Below, piece by piece: positions 1 to 13,600 of a DNA stretch of 64,000 bases (the first letter of the stretch is position 1; each line of letters opens with the position of its first letter). The stretch spans positions 14,386,261 to 14,450,260 of the forward strand of contig OZ199838.1 in assembly GCA_964304625.1 (NCBI GenBank). The letters run 5' to 3'. Position numbers and translations under genes: made by a program. The notes under the pieces were generated by a model. The model had not been told where the DNA came from. It searched no databases and saw only the letters and a program-made list of their open reading frames with translations. This DNA is from Kudoa neothunni. Lineage: Eukaryota > Animalia > Cnidaria.

Positions 1-805
1 TGCAGAAAAAATATTTCAATCTATCGGAAAAAGTCAATTATTTTTAAAACAAACTTTTTTTAATTAATTTGTTGGTACAGCTCAAGTCTAACGAATTTAA
101 TACGTACAACCAAGAGCGAAATTTCAAAGATGATCCACTCTTGAATATTAGTTTCTATAATCATGACAATCAAGATTTAGAAAAGTTAGTCTATTCTTCT
201 ACGCATCAGAATTATCTTCGACTTCCCTATAGCGAAAAAGTATTTTATTAATGTGATTATTTGTGTGCAATTATAATTAGGTGAACTCTTGTACAATGTT
301 CGCTACTGTCTTGGAACTTGGGGATGCAAATGTGAGTTTTTCATTTGCATCATTATTTATTATGCGGCGTATAATTTGATTTTTTAGGAAGACGAAAAAT
401 CCATTATCCATTTTTTAAATGTTTGTTTGTCACATACGTTCCTTTTTTATGATCCTCCTTTGGTTGTTGCTGATTTGCTCCCGCCTACGATTGTAAATAG
501 CGACTCCTCCTGTTATAATTTAATTTTCTATTAGAAAACCTTAAATAAAATATGCAATAATCCGTCACTATTATTCACTTTATATAGTATTTTATATTTT
601 TCTTAGTTATGTGTAGTATGTTATACTTTTTAGATGATAACAAGAATTTCTGTGATTGGATTGATTACCTTATGCTTTCGTCAAATCTAATATATGTATT
701 GTATTATAGATCACTTTTGAAATATATATTTTCTTTAGTTGCAGAAAAAATATCTTAAGGTTTATTCTACACGTGGCTTCCCGTTTGTCAACTTACTTTG
801 AATGA
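1..805 (+). CDS. 3' part of an unidentified multi-exon protein gene (5' end outside window)
   Basis: Short exons joined by GT-AG introns (e.g. after ...PYSEK at 240, GTGAGT at 332) give a continuous frame VNSCTMFATVLELGDAN-EDEKSIIHFLNVCLSHTFLFYDPP...-SCRKNILRFILHVASRLSTYFE* ending at TGA 803-805. No recognisable family. Confidence 0.55.
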
Positions 806-2079
806 CTATTATTTTATATTATGCATTTAATTTTATAATCAAACAATGCTCTATACTAATAGAAGTCTGAAATTGATTTTGTTAACATTGAGTCTTTTTT
901 TCATTTTATTTCGTTCCACAAATTTTTTATTCGTGTATCTGTCTTAAATATAATTTGAGTTTCTGGACACTAAAGTTTTATTTTTTTGTTTAAAAAAGGT
1001 AAATTATACAAAATGCGGCATTTATGAATATTAAAAATGTAGACAGTTTACATTAAGTAATAAAATTAAAATATTTTCAGGATATTTAATGCAAGACGTT
1101 TCGATTTAAGGATCTTTTTTCATGCGCTGTCACAAGGGAAAAAGTGTACGGCTAAACGCGCTTGGCACGTAATCGGATTTTGTTCAAGAAGAAAAGCATA
1201 TCCGGTTCATATGTAATCAAAACTGAAATGAGTCCGGTAAACAATGGTCATTCGATGAATATAATTGAAAATTAATTTGCGTGACTAATCTATTATTTTC
1301 TATTTATTAGTGTATAAAACAAAAATTATAAATAATTTCTATACAAGTCAAAAAAGGATGAAATTAAGATAAAACATTAGGAAATATTCATTTTTAATGG
1401 AAAAAATACAAAAACATTAAAATGTATTAAAATAGGTTGAATTCTTAAAGTTTCGTCATATTTTTTTTAGTGAACTATAAAGTGAGAAAGAATCAAAATT
1501 TAGATTTTAGATATATTCGTCGAATTATTTTAAATTTGTATACTTTAAGTTAAAATCAACTTGTATTTGAAAATTATTTAAACTAAAACTATACATTTAA
1601 GATTGTTTCATATATTCATTTTCTACGTTGGATGTTTAAATTTACAATTAAAACAAAAGTTAAACAAATGGCTCTAGTGCATGTACTCATATTTGATATT
1701 TTGAACTAAAATATAAATATCTAACTCATTTATAAGCTATGATTTATGCATATCTTTACCTAATAATGAGATTCGACGCGACTTAATTATTTTACAAAAA
1801 AGAAAAAAAAAGTCAAAACGTTAATCAATTATCAGTTGTATCTATTTTATTTTAAAAATTAAAATATGATTTTTGTCATTATCATGTAATTTTGGTGAAA
1901 AAGCTTTCCTGTCTAAAAATAAACCCATAGTTACAGAATATGATCATGTGGGGATTACTAAGTCACAAAATATCGAATATATACGTGTCTAAAGTCACCT
2001 AATTAACAATTGGCAGAGGCTATTAGCACGGTAAATTTTAGTCCTAAATGGTATGTACGCCTGTGCAATGGAAATTTTT

Positions 2080-2760
2080 AATCTCAGATACATTTACTTG
2101 CAAGCTAGTTACAGATTTTATTTTTAGGAATTTGTTATATTTAATTATCTCTAGCCATCAGAAGAAAAGCCGTGAGCAATGATTAATTAAAAATCGTCGA
2201 AATTAGACAAGAAGTTTACCTATTTAGGAACCGTACGAAGCAACGAAAGAGAACTCCCTCAGTTTTTTGCTCAGTTAAAAAGGTTTCTCTATAAAACATT
2301 TGTTTTACGAAACGATTACTCTGCATGTTAGCTACGAGATAAATCTATCAACTGACACATCAAATACAATAATGTAGAATAATTCATCGAAGAACAAACT
2401 AGAAATGATTTTGAGTTAAATTTAACCAAAATGGGGTATAGGTACCCTTAGTCGAATGCTAACTTCTGTTTCTGTGCGTAAATACAACTGATGATGACCA
2501 ACAATTATTCTATACAATGCGGTTTATTTTACTATGGCTAACGTATTTTAACTATTCTAAAATATTTAGTTGCGAAGACAAAGTTTGTCATTGTTTCTTG
2601 AAAGAAGTTTATGAAGCATTTTACAAGTAGCTAGATGAGATTGAGAGAAATCTGAAGAACCACAAAATTTTCAAAAGCAAACGCTTCTGAAAAGAATGAT
2701 AAGAAATTTTTTGTATTTCTACCCAAAAGAAAGGAATAAAAAACATTGTTCCGTTGATCA
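2080..2760 (+). mobile_element. piggyBac (PGBD4-like) transposase remnant
   Basis: Degraded translation contains TYLGTVRSNERELPQ (~2218-2262), matching the piggyBac GTxRxNKRExP motif, followed by a decayed KPExI...K.G(V)D-like segment. Many stops and frameshifts. Confidence 0.55.
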
Positions 2761-3454
2761 ATTTTCCAGAATTTTTATGATCAATTCCACGCAGAAAATA
2801 AATTTCACAGCTGTAAAAAATACGTCTCGTACTTTTTGTTCACATATATATATATATATATATATATATGTATTATGCCTTATTTACTTCAACAAAAATC
2901 TGTTATTCTACGCTTTTGTCTCATTGGTAGGTAATAGCTGAATATCATCAAAACCCTGCCTAAATCTCCAAAAAAATATTATCAAATGGTTTAATTATAA
3001 AATTTGATTCTACTTTACTCCTTATTCTGTAAATTAAAATGAATTATATTTAAGGAGAAAGCATAAAATTATTTTGATAATAAATTCATCATATCAAGAT
3101 CTGGGATTTATTAGATTCCGAAAGTTCCTACGATAGAAAATTTTTGTCTTACATCTGGATTTTAATCCATTCTAAATATAAATTTCTAAAAATATAGGGG
3201 TCAGAAAACTTTATGAATATGTGACAGCTCACAAAGTCATTATATGGTCATCTTCCATTCGAATACCAATAGAACCCAAGACCTTTAATCTTTTCTAGAT
3301 GGTTTATTGCGACATTACAAAGTTAAGAATATTTTTAGTTAAATAAAAATTATACACCTTGGTTAAAGTATTCGAATAATAAAACTTTATTAAAAAAACT
3401 AAAAAAATTCATCAAATCTTGTGATTTTTCGTAGTGAAATCAAACCTAGTCGGT

Positions 3455-6400
3455 TTACTTTTTTATCACAACGGACCCGACAATTACAATGAGAACAACT
3501 GCTCCCACAACTGCTGCTACAATAATTCTAAACAACAATTAAACAATGTAATAATGAAAAAGGTTACATCATCTGATTACTATACCTATATTAAAGTTAA
3601 TAAATGAATGAATTGGTGATTTTTATATAGTACTTTGCACTATTCCTTTCGCCTAAGGAAAAAATCATTAAATTTATTGAATTCAATATTTTTATTATTA
3701 CCTTGATTAATTTCTGCAACTCCAAAATATTCGTCATCATACTCAAGATAAACGGTCAGATGATAGTTATTGTTTTCTGGCACGCCTGTAATGTCGAAAC
3801 TTTTACAACTTGGAAATGTTTCGCACTCTGGAGTTGTGCTCATGCATGATTTTTCCATTAAATTTGATTTTGCACTAGAATTACGTAATTCCCACTTACA
3901 TTTGGAATCACTAGTTATTTTGGTGGAATGTGCAGTCTCGACAGTCAAGGTAGTTCCGTCACGCGTTATAGAAACATCCAACACTTTTTGAACATCTGTG
4001 GGGTTACTTCTTATTCTATCTAATGTTACAATTTATTTATTCATATTAGTACATTAATGGTAAAAGTTAAATTGCTCTTACTTGAAGGTATTTCAATGGT
4101 GACTTCAGATGATTTTCCTAGTGCGGTTACTATAACTTTGTATGGGTATCTTGGGCGATAACCGGCATTGAATACTATAGAACCACAAAAAGACATTTGT
4201 AAACATCCACTAGTATTAGTGTTTGTGTTTGTAGCAGTTGTTGGCGTATCGTTAGTTATTCCACCTGTCCTGGCTACTTTTGATGCCCTCAGTTTCGCTT
4301 CATCTGTTTTGCTTTGAGCGGGTTGTGGATTTGGTTTTGCAACATTGTTAGATGTATCGGATACTGAAGAAGCTTCAGGAAGTTGTGGCGAAGATGTTTC
4401 TTCAGACGGTGCAGGTGCTGATGTAGATTGAGGATCTGACGTTGATGGCGTTGAAGGAGGAGTAGGACACATTAAAACACTTTCAAATTTATCTTTCAAT
4501 TTAATTTGAATGTCATATTGGCACATTGCTGGAGTGTTTGTTGACAGCTCTGCATTTACCTCGAATCCTTCCAAATTAAATTTATAAGTAACATTTAACG
4601 TTGCCAATTCTAAGAAAATAATAAATGTAATATTTTAATTTTAAAAATGTACCCATTTGAATTGCACTGTATATATGTTCCGCATATTCTTTGTGAGCAA
4701 CTACTTTAACATCATATTGCACTCCAGGCTCCAAATCAACTATTTTTTTGGTATCTCTACACCATCCTCTACAGGGGTTACTATCATCACATTCGGGGGG
4801 ATAGAAATAATCCTTTCCAGCCAAGCTGATATAGTATTCACATGTTGGTTCTTTTGATTTGTCAGATCCTATCGTACCTGCTACAGCTTTCACAGTTATA
4901 TCTGATGTTGTTGCTGTTGGAACGGTATTATCATAATTTACATCATCTTTTTTAGCTTAAAGGTCATTAAAACATTATTTTTGTGTGAATATATTTACTT
5001 GTTCGAATAAATATTTTCTCTTTATACTCAATAGGATCATTTATTCCCAATGAAGCCACTTCAATAATGTAAGGTTTTCCCGCACTAAGACCACTGATAA
5101 CCAGTTTAGTCTCCGCTTTTGTGCACTTTACTCCGCTACCACCTGAATTACTATCAGAAGGGCATGTAAGGGAAATAGCACCAGTGGTGGGTTTAGGTTT
5201 ATCGGCGATGTTATAAGTAAGAGTAGGGCTTTCACCCGTTCCAACTTTAAAGAATGATGAATCAAACGTGACTCCAGTATTTGTAACCGCCGATAATAAT
5301 CCGACACCCGTTTCGGTTATAGCTAATAATATTTAAATTCGATTAACACAATAAATAATTAATTAATACCGTATTTATTTTGACTAAACCCATCATAAAT
5401 ATTTCCATCCTTTTTCGCTAAATCATGATGCCTAGTTTGTATCAAAATATTGTAAACTGATTTGGCTGATGAAACAGTCAAAACAACATTTTTGCAAGGA
5501 GCATAACATTCCCCATCTTTATTTCCACAATTTGATTCAAACGCGGCGTCTTTTGCAGTAGCGGCTGCATCTTTAACTCGGAAAATGCAGATCTCGTGAG
5601 AGGGTGAATTAGTAAACTTTATAGTTATCTGTTTATCATCGTCGGACATTTTTGTTAAGTAAAATTGTGGTTGGTAAATATCCATCGTTTTTTTCATATA
5701 TTCGTTAGGCATGTTATAAAAAAAACTTGGGTAATGAGTACATCTGACCTCATAATGAGGAATTAGAAGGTCAAATTCGACAGTATTTGCGTCAGTAGTT
5801 TCTGTATCGCAATCATTCGCTTGCGTACCTGTTTGATAGTTCATATTTTTGTAGTAAATTGAGCAGGCTACTGGAGGGCATGTTTTCGTAGCTAGCTTTA
5901 GTTTACCCGAAGTACTGTCCGTTGAAATAGAGAATTGAGGGTTTACTAGCAACGCTACAAAATCATCCTAAAAAATTGATTTTATATATAAAAGTTACGT
6001 GTAGCCAAACCAAACACTTTTCCTCCATTATTTTGTACCTCGGTATTGACTTCACCTGCACTCGCTCCAACAAATACGTAAATGTAATTAGTTCTTGGAG
6101 AGAGTTTCTCATATTCTAGTTTTATATCCTGGCCAGAACATGCTCGGACACATTTTCCACTAGAATTATCTGTCTCAGTGTTGGGGCAATTTTTGATTTC
6201 ATCGAATCCAAGGTTAGAGTTAGTTAGTTTTGATTTCCTAATGCGGCAATACTTTTCAGTAGGAGTGTAGTTACTCCCTCCTAGAATAAGCTGAACTTTG
6301 AATTCATTTGTGTTAGTTCCTTTAATAATTTGATAAGTGACTGTTTCAGTTGGTATAGTAGTGGTTGACGTAGGAGAGACTGATTGAGGTGAGATTGGTG

Positions 6401-6576
6401 TACTAGGGGATTGTGAAGATGGATTTAATGTAGAGGAATTAGGTGGGGATGATATTGTTTCAGATGGAGTATCAAAACATGCTTTGTTAATGAGGACTAC
6501 AAATTATAAACAAACAAATTATCATAAAGTTTTTAATGTTACTTGATATGAAAAAAATTCTAGATATAAATAACAT
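3455..6576 (-). CDS. Type I membrane/surface protein with tandem Cys-rich FN3-like modules, copy A (10 exons)
   Basis: Signal peptide MLFISRIFFISILINKAC (ATG 6576, exon 1 = 6576-6543) and an S/T/P-rich N-terminus. Modules end in FN3-type strands (LSPRTNY, GLSAGKPYIIEVAS, DLEPGVQYDVKVVA, GYRPRYPYKVIVTA). Microexons at 3652-3634 and 3585-3568. C-terminal TM segment then IKK* (TAA 3455-3457). All introns GT-AG and conserved with copy B. Confidence 0.85.
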
Positions 6577-6908
6577 TATATAATTATATAACTGATTATA
6601 AACAAAACTATAGACGTATAAAATAAATACTGTATAATAGGATTATCGAGAAAGTCAATCATTAAATGCATTCATATTATTGATGAATTCAACGTTAATA
6701 TTTTTTAAAAATAAAACTTTTATTAATAACAATGTATTTAACGAATTGAATAATCGACATATAGTTGATAAAGATGAAAAATATGATAATGTTTTTTATT
6801 GCGACTTCGAAATATTAAATTATATTTTCTACGTATTCATAATCAAACCAATAAACGCAGGTGGTTCTTAGAAGATTGATTGAATCTTGCTTTACACGAT
6901 TGAATATA

Positions 6909-8306
6909 TAGGATTTCCGGAACAATATGAGATATTTTGCAATCAACGTGAGACTTTTTGCAATAAATGCGAGATTTTTTAGATAAGGTTGTCTAATAGT
7001 TAGATTTGCCGACGTCAGATGAGATTAATTGAAAATTTTGGAGGTGACGAGATTTTAAATAATATTTTCATTATTAATATTGTAAAATAAATTCATATAA
7101 ACTTCATATTATTAAAAAGCTATTCATTATATTCTATAGATTCATAATTTCAATATTAAGTTAAATTCTGAAAAAGGTCAAAAGACTATAAAGTCAGTAA
7201 ATACTGATTATGGAAATGGAGAAAAAATAATAGAAGCAACTTCGGAAAACCATATTTCTGAGATGCTTTCGTTATGTTACAATGAAACATGCGTTGTAAA
7301 GATTTAGAAGCTCGGAGATGATATAAAATAAAACTTATTTAATGATCAAAAATTGGACGTTTTATCTTGGATTGATTGTAATTTTCTGTTGAAAATGAAC
7401 AATATCACCAGAGCAATAGATATAAACTTTGGACTTTAGGCCAGCATAAGTGCATTTTATAGGATTTTATGGAACTTACATTACACAATTAAATCTACTG
7501 TTCCCATTCCTTAGAGAGAAGAAATTGTGAATACTCCAATAAAATGAGATTCAATTATGCCAAAGATTAGGAAATTTGAGCAGGGAAAAAGATAAAAAGT
7601 TGATATTTATAATGATGGCTAAGTTCTCGGGCATGGCAAAATCAAAAAAGAGAGAGTTCAGCTAGTGCTGTTTCGCCATATATTTGCTGAATTTAACCGG
7701 AGTATCAATATTCAGATTGAGTCTGTCGTGTATAAATATGGAACGTTTTATTTTAAAATTCTTGATAAGGTGACCAATGTTGAAGACAACAAAAAATGTA
7801 AAATTCAAATAAAGCGTATCTGCATATCCTAAAAGATTAACTAAACGATTTTTATGTTAACATCATGCGTACGCATCACTTCAAAGTATTTGCAACACAA
7901 TTGATTTATTTTACTTTAAATTAAATTACCTGTAGTCATATTCTCTTTTTAAAACTCGTTTGAAAAAAATTATCTCTATAGGGCAGAAACCAAAAATGAG
8001 AGAGAGCCCTAAAATGAATATCATTTAAACTTCAGGAGATTAATGGCTCCCATTGCGGCAAATTCTACTAGATGTCAAAAACACATAAAAAAAGGGGAAA
8101 ATAATTAATCAATAAATTATTTCGCTATTACTAAAATTAGTTTTTGTTATGTTTAAAATTTTTCTCGGACGCAGAATTTAAGTCTATATTTATTTTTGAC
8201 AGAAATTTAAATAAAAAATTCTTATTAACTTAAGGGAATTTAATAATTATTACAAAAAAATATTACACCCGATTGCAAAAAATCTCATATTGATCGGCAA
8301 CCCCTA
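6909..8306. mobile_element. Non-autonomous TIR element (hAT-like TAGGGTTGCC-type ends)
   Basis: Left end taggatttccggaacaatatgagatattttgcaatc matches the reverse complement of the right end taggggttgccgatcaatatgagattttttgcaatc. No intact TSD. Confidence 0.6.
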
Positions 8307-8389
8307 TAATAAAACAAAAGAAGATGGCTTAAATTTGCGAGGTTATAAAATATTTCTAGTTATCCAATAAAAAAAATGTTGATTAATTA

Positions 8390-9100
8390 AATCCGTTTGT
8401 TCAAAAAATTTTATTTATAACTTAAAAAATTATATTAAATAAACCTTTGTCTAATATTTCACCTATAGATATTTTAATTTCGAGTAAAATGTTTAAATGC
8501 AACTTTTTGACATATTTCATCATGGGCAACCGGCCATAAATTAATGTCAACAATAATCGTGACTTCAAATACATCCTTTCATGGTTATTATACAATATCA
8601 TTTATTATGATAAGAATAGAACCTATTTTTCTCTTTTTACAATGAAACATGGGGTATTGTATTTTAAACAAACGAATGTTGTCTTCCTTTTACATAATCG
8701 GCATTTGCTTTCTATGACTATCGTTTTAGGATAATAACCGACATTGTCAAATATAATTGATTCAGACTAGTTATTTATTCTATGCTGAATAGAGTAACTA
8801 ACAGATTCTGTGTTCATTGATGTGACATAGGAAGGACGACGACTCTTTGTTGCTAGAGTCGATCTTTTGTAATGGATTAAATTTTCTCATATGCGATGTG
8901 TAAAAGACAACAGATCCATTAATTGTTCATTCAGAATTTTTATAAATTCAGAATTTTGGCGATATAACAACCAAGCTATAGTTATGGACGGTATGCAATC
9001 CTCATAAGAATATCTTCATGTATAATTTACGGCACTTGTGGTTTAGTTAATGCTAATTCGAATACCCAGCTTTTCCTAGTAATGTGACGAAATTTTTAAC
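8390..9100 (-). mobile_element. piggyBac (PGBD3-like) transposase 3' remnant
   Basis: Minus-strand translation gives K.YMKIFL..L....IAWLLY (~9030-8960) and the C-terminal Cys-rich motif KCRLCKRKTTFVCLKYNTPCF (~8706-8644). Possible decayed TTAA-flanked end near 8390. Confidence 0.55.
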
Positions 9101-9901
9101 TTTTAGTTGTCTTTTTGAATAGAGAAATTTTAAGCTAAGCTAAATTAAATTAATAAGTTAAAACGCTCTAAATTTTATTTCTCCATTTTCATTCATTTAT
9201 TTTAAAATTAATCATTATTTTGACAATATAATAATTTAGATAAACCAAAATATGCATGCATTTTCCACTAAATGTAAATAGAAGTATTAAGAGAGAAAAA
9301 ACATGAGTATTTTTAAATTATTTTATAAGCTACTTAAAAAAATTAAGTCTGATTTTGTGAGTTAATAATTAACTATTAAAATTTATATATTAAAACCATT
9401 AAATAACTTAAAATATGATTTTCTTTTCACTCCAAAATTTTGCGATAAAAATAAAATCTCGTAGTTATAAAATTAATTGTTAGTCTAAAAATGTTAAAAG
9501 GAAAAAAAAACAAAAGATAAAAGATGTTCCAAAAATAAAACTATTAGTTGTCATTCCTATCTTATTGTCATATCTTAAAGCTCAGTAGAGAAAACCCTCA
9601 GTCAGCAGTATAGAGAGAACAATCGAGCCTTAATCCTTACTCACAGTAAGTTGACTATTTTTAAATTTGGGTTACACGACACAAAGTATAGATTGCGTGA
9701 CACATAATATACATTACATGACAACAACACAATTGTAATAGAAGTTACGTAAGTTAATTATAATCACGTTCCTTAAAATTGAACCATAAAACTTTTGTTG
9801 AATGATTAGATAATAGGAGGAACAATAATACACCCATATTTATTAAGCAATCGTGCTATTTTAGCATTGAAGACATCACGCACGTGCTATTGATTGATAC
9901 A

Positions 9902-10355
9902 ATGGTCAAATTGGTGGTACAGCGCTGTGCTAAGTGCGTGTGTCAAAGTTGACGACAATATAGTATCTGCTATCAAGCAAGGCCTACTTGTCTATGTTGG
10001 TATAAGCACTAAGGACACTTTAATGGAAGTAGAAAGAGCATGCAAAAAACTTCTATCACTGAGAATATTCGAGGAAAATGCGAAAAGATGGTCAAACAGC
10101 GTGGTTGAACAGAACTTTGATATAATGTGTGTGAGTCCAATTTACACTTTATGCTACGGTTAAGTCAAACAAACCTGATTTTCATAAATCTATGGCTGAC
10201 CTGAAGCTCAAAAACTATACAACCATTTCGTAGACTGTTTGCGCAGTAACTACAACCCAGATAAAGTTAGGGATGGTGCTTTTGGTAAATGCATGCACGT
10301 GGAATCGATTAATGATGGGCCTGTAAATATACTACTGGATATTGATAAAAACTGA
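9902..10355 (+). CDS. DTD1: D-aminoacyl-tRNA deacylase (intronless; three single-base frameshifts as assembled)
   Basis: MVKLVVQR-VLSACVKV...LRIFE...WSNSV...CVS-QFTLY...KPDFH...DGAFG..MHVESINDGPV. Requires removing 1 nt at 9926, removing 1 nt at 10137-10138 and adding 1 nt near 10198. No in-frame stops once corrected. Confidence 0.9.
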
Positions 10356-10609
10356 CCTTACAGCAACAAAACGAAACACTGTAAAAAACTATGATATACT
10401 ATACAATAAATAATTCATCGACACAGTGTAAATTGTATCATGAACTGGTAACAACAATTTTTCATCATCGTTATTAATTTGATTTTGTTTGAATTGAAGT
10501 TTTTCGCTACGAAACGAATAGATATTATTTTTGGGCACGCGCGGACACGATTTTATTATAATGGGATTTTCTCGAGTTTACCGAAGATATTTCCAATTGA
10601 AAATAGGTG

Positions 10610-13600
10610 CTATTTATCATTGTGTACGGGGTGAAATTTTTCATAAAATAATTTCAACAATTCCAAGGCAACAGGGTCCATTTTGAGAAATGCTTGTGAC
10701 ACAATCTTATCCCAGAATTTAATCTGCACTCTCCTAAATTAAAATTAGGTTGATCACGTGGGTTGTCAATAGTTATCAAAAAACATACATGAGTCCACAA
10801 GGAGAAAATTTACAAATATTTTTGAGTATTCGCAGTACGGTCTCACGAATAGAACATATCACGTTAGGGCAATCAACTATTGAATCCTAAATAAAAACAT
10901 GAGTATTAATCATTATAGTTATTTATTGGTTCGTAAAAATAAATTTCCATGGTGTAGTTATGGTAAGAATTGATTCTATTATTGCCCTTATTGTAAAATT
11001 TTGTATCGTTAATAAGTAATTAAAAAAAATAATGAAAAATAACTGAAAACAAAAGCTGTAGTGATTAAAAATGGCAATTTGCACAAGCGTAGAAGATATT
11101 GAAGATTAAATTTTTACGAACCAATAACAACAGCCTTAGTATATAACAGCAGTGGTTCTTAGCCTTTCTCGCTTGCGTATCCCAAATGCGTTCAGTGGAC
11201 TTAACACGGACCCCATTTTGTTTTTATGCATAATCCGAATATGCATATAAATATTTTAACTAAAAATTATCTATCTAATTTCTCATAATTAATTTAAGTA
11301 TTTATTATATAAATTAATTGTGTAGTATATTTTTTAAAATATATATTAACAATTTTTAATCACTAAGAATTTAATTATTCTTAATATTAAAAATATTAAC
11401 AGCGCTGAAATCCTTCTCAGTAATTTTTTTTTAAATTATTAAACTCCAACAAATTATTGAAAATCATGCATAATACAATAAAATATTTAATAAACTTTAT
11501 TGAATTAATATGAAAATACATATACAGTTTCAAAAAGAAAATCCATTTATAATTTTTTAAGTGAATATGTGTTTATAATGATCGAAATATTTTCGTTTAT
11601 AAAATCTTTATTTTCGTTAATTATGTTTACTAAAATAAGGAGTTAACAAAGGAAAAATTATTATACTTGTAGGAGGCAAATTTATTTCAAACGACATATT
11701 TCTTTTATAAACAATAAAAATTAAAAGAATATTTAATGAGATTTTTGCAGTTGCTTTTTATCAATATGATCATGGAAATTCGATAAAATATTTGAAAGAG
11801 AAAAAAATATACAATTTATTTCATGACTTTGTTTTTAAAGTAACCAACGTGGAGAATTTAGATTCCCCAAAATAGGCTACTGTAAAAGGGAGTAATCATT
11901 CCAATTGCATAATTTTCAACAATACTCAATATTTTGGAAAAAATTACTAGTTTTTGTGAAATAACCTACTAAGAGACTTATTTTTTTTAACTTTTTACAA
12001 AATAAATGTTGACACACAGGAAATTTGTAACATATATTAAATTGTTATAACAAATAATAACGCAAGGGTATATTTAATTATTTTTGGTTCATTATTTCGC
12101 TCTTAGGAGTCAAAAATAATTAAATATAGTCAAAACTAGTGTCAATTGAATATTATTTACCGGGCCCAATAACCACTTACTTAAAATAAATCATTAAAAT
12201 ATTATAAATCTTTTCTTAAGATAACCACAACCAAATTCATAGATTAACAGCTATGATTAATAGAAAAAATTGATTACGTTGGTTTTAGTTTGGTTAGTAA
12301 TCGAAAGAAGCTAAATTAAAATAAAGTCAAATTAACATTCTAAACAACTATTACTATTACCCTCAATTCAGATGGTAGCAAACAACTGAAACAAAAAGTG
12401 AAGTCAAGTTTATTGCTTTTTCGCAAGCCATTCAACCGCTGAGAGGACCGTGAAGATTGTGAAGACTGTGAATGTGATATTGGTTTCGCTGTACATTGTA
12501 GACTGATGTGTTTGGACAATGTGAGGAATTTAGAGAAATCATTTTCCAAATATGATAGAATTATTTTGTTAAAATCAACTGGAATATTGTCACTTGGATT
12601 AGGTTGAGTCAGCACAATACTCAAGAGTAATTTAAGTTTTGCACGAAAAATTAAACCATCTGAAAGTTGGCGTGTTTCATCGATGATCGATTCAAACCCA
12701 AACACTTCTTTAATTAGTTGGTGTAATGTTAGTGTCAAAGGGGATGATATTAGCAGATCGTTGCACGCAACCATTGGTCGGATGTGTTTGGCTATCATCC
12801 AACTGTGATTTCATATCATTAAGCGCATCATTCAGCTTTGAATACACCTCACCCAAAAAACGACATAATGCGGTCATTCGACTCAAAAACATTCGAATTT
12901 TCAACATTGGTTTCAATGTCGGCCAAAAACAATCCCAAAAAAACGGATAAAATCTTCCGATTGTGAAAGCATATGGCAAACAATAGGTAGCAATAAACTA
13001 ACTTTGTAGACAGTGTATAAACAGTTGAGGAACACCTTTTTAAAAGAAAACAATTAAATTCAATTATACACAGAGTTACCACAAAAGAAAAAACAACTAC
13101 CTGTAAAATGTCCGGGTTTATGGGACGTTGTTGCTCATTTAATAGATTTGATGACGACATAATATTTGTGAGAAAGTACATTAGAAACCAAACAAAATTC
13201 AATTCTGTGATGTTGTTGTTAGAAAACAGCTTAATCTTTACATTATCAAAAGCTCGACGGTCAGTGTATTTAAGTTGTAGTGAGTAGCTAACATTTTCCA
13301 CAATCGAAAACACACTTAAGAATATATCTCTCCGATAGGTGGACATATTATTTGAGAGGTTAGAATACAAATATTTGTTTATTGTAGCAATAACAAGAGA
13401 ATACAGTTGCTGATCGATCGAAGATTCCTTCCACTAAATAAGCAACCACACACTAATCTAATGCTACAACTAAATCAACCTACAGTTTCAGATATTCTGC
13501 AGAGTATTCTCCAACCATTATCGGTTGATAGATTCGCAGGCTTCAGCTTGATGGTGGTTTGTAGAAATTGTTGTCAATGGGTGAATATATATACATACGA

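Noticed and set aside
2696-2941. 81-aa ORF with a YIYIYI run
   Set aside because: Produced by a (TA)n microsatellite at ~2844-2869 at the end of a piggyBac remnant.
3770-4857. Plus-strand ORFs opposite the surface-protein gene (also 33632-33862, 34617-34865, 35452-35685)
   Set aside because: Antisense shadows of real exons; they recur only because the gene is duplicated.
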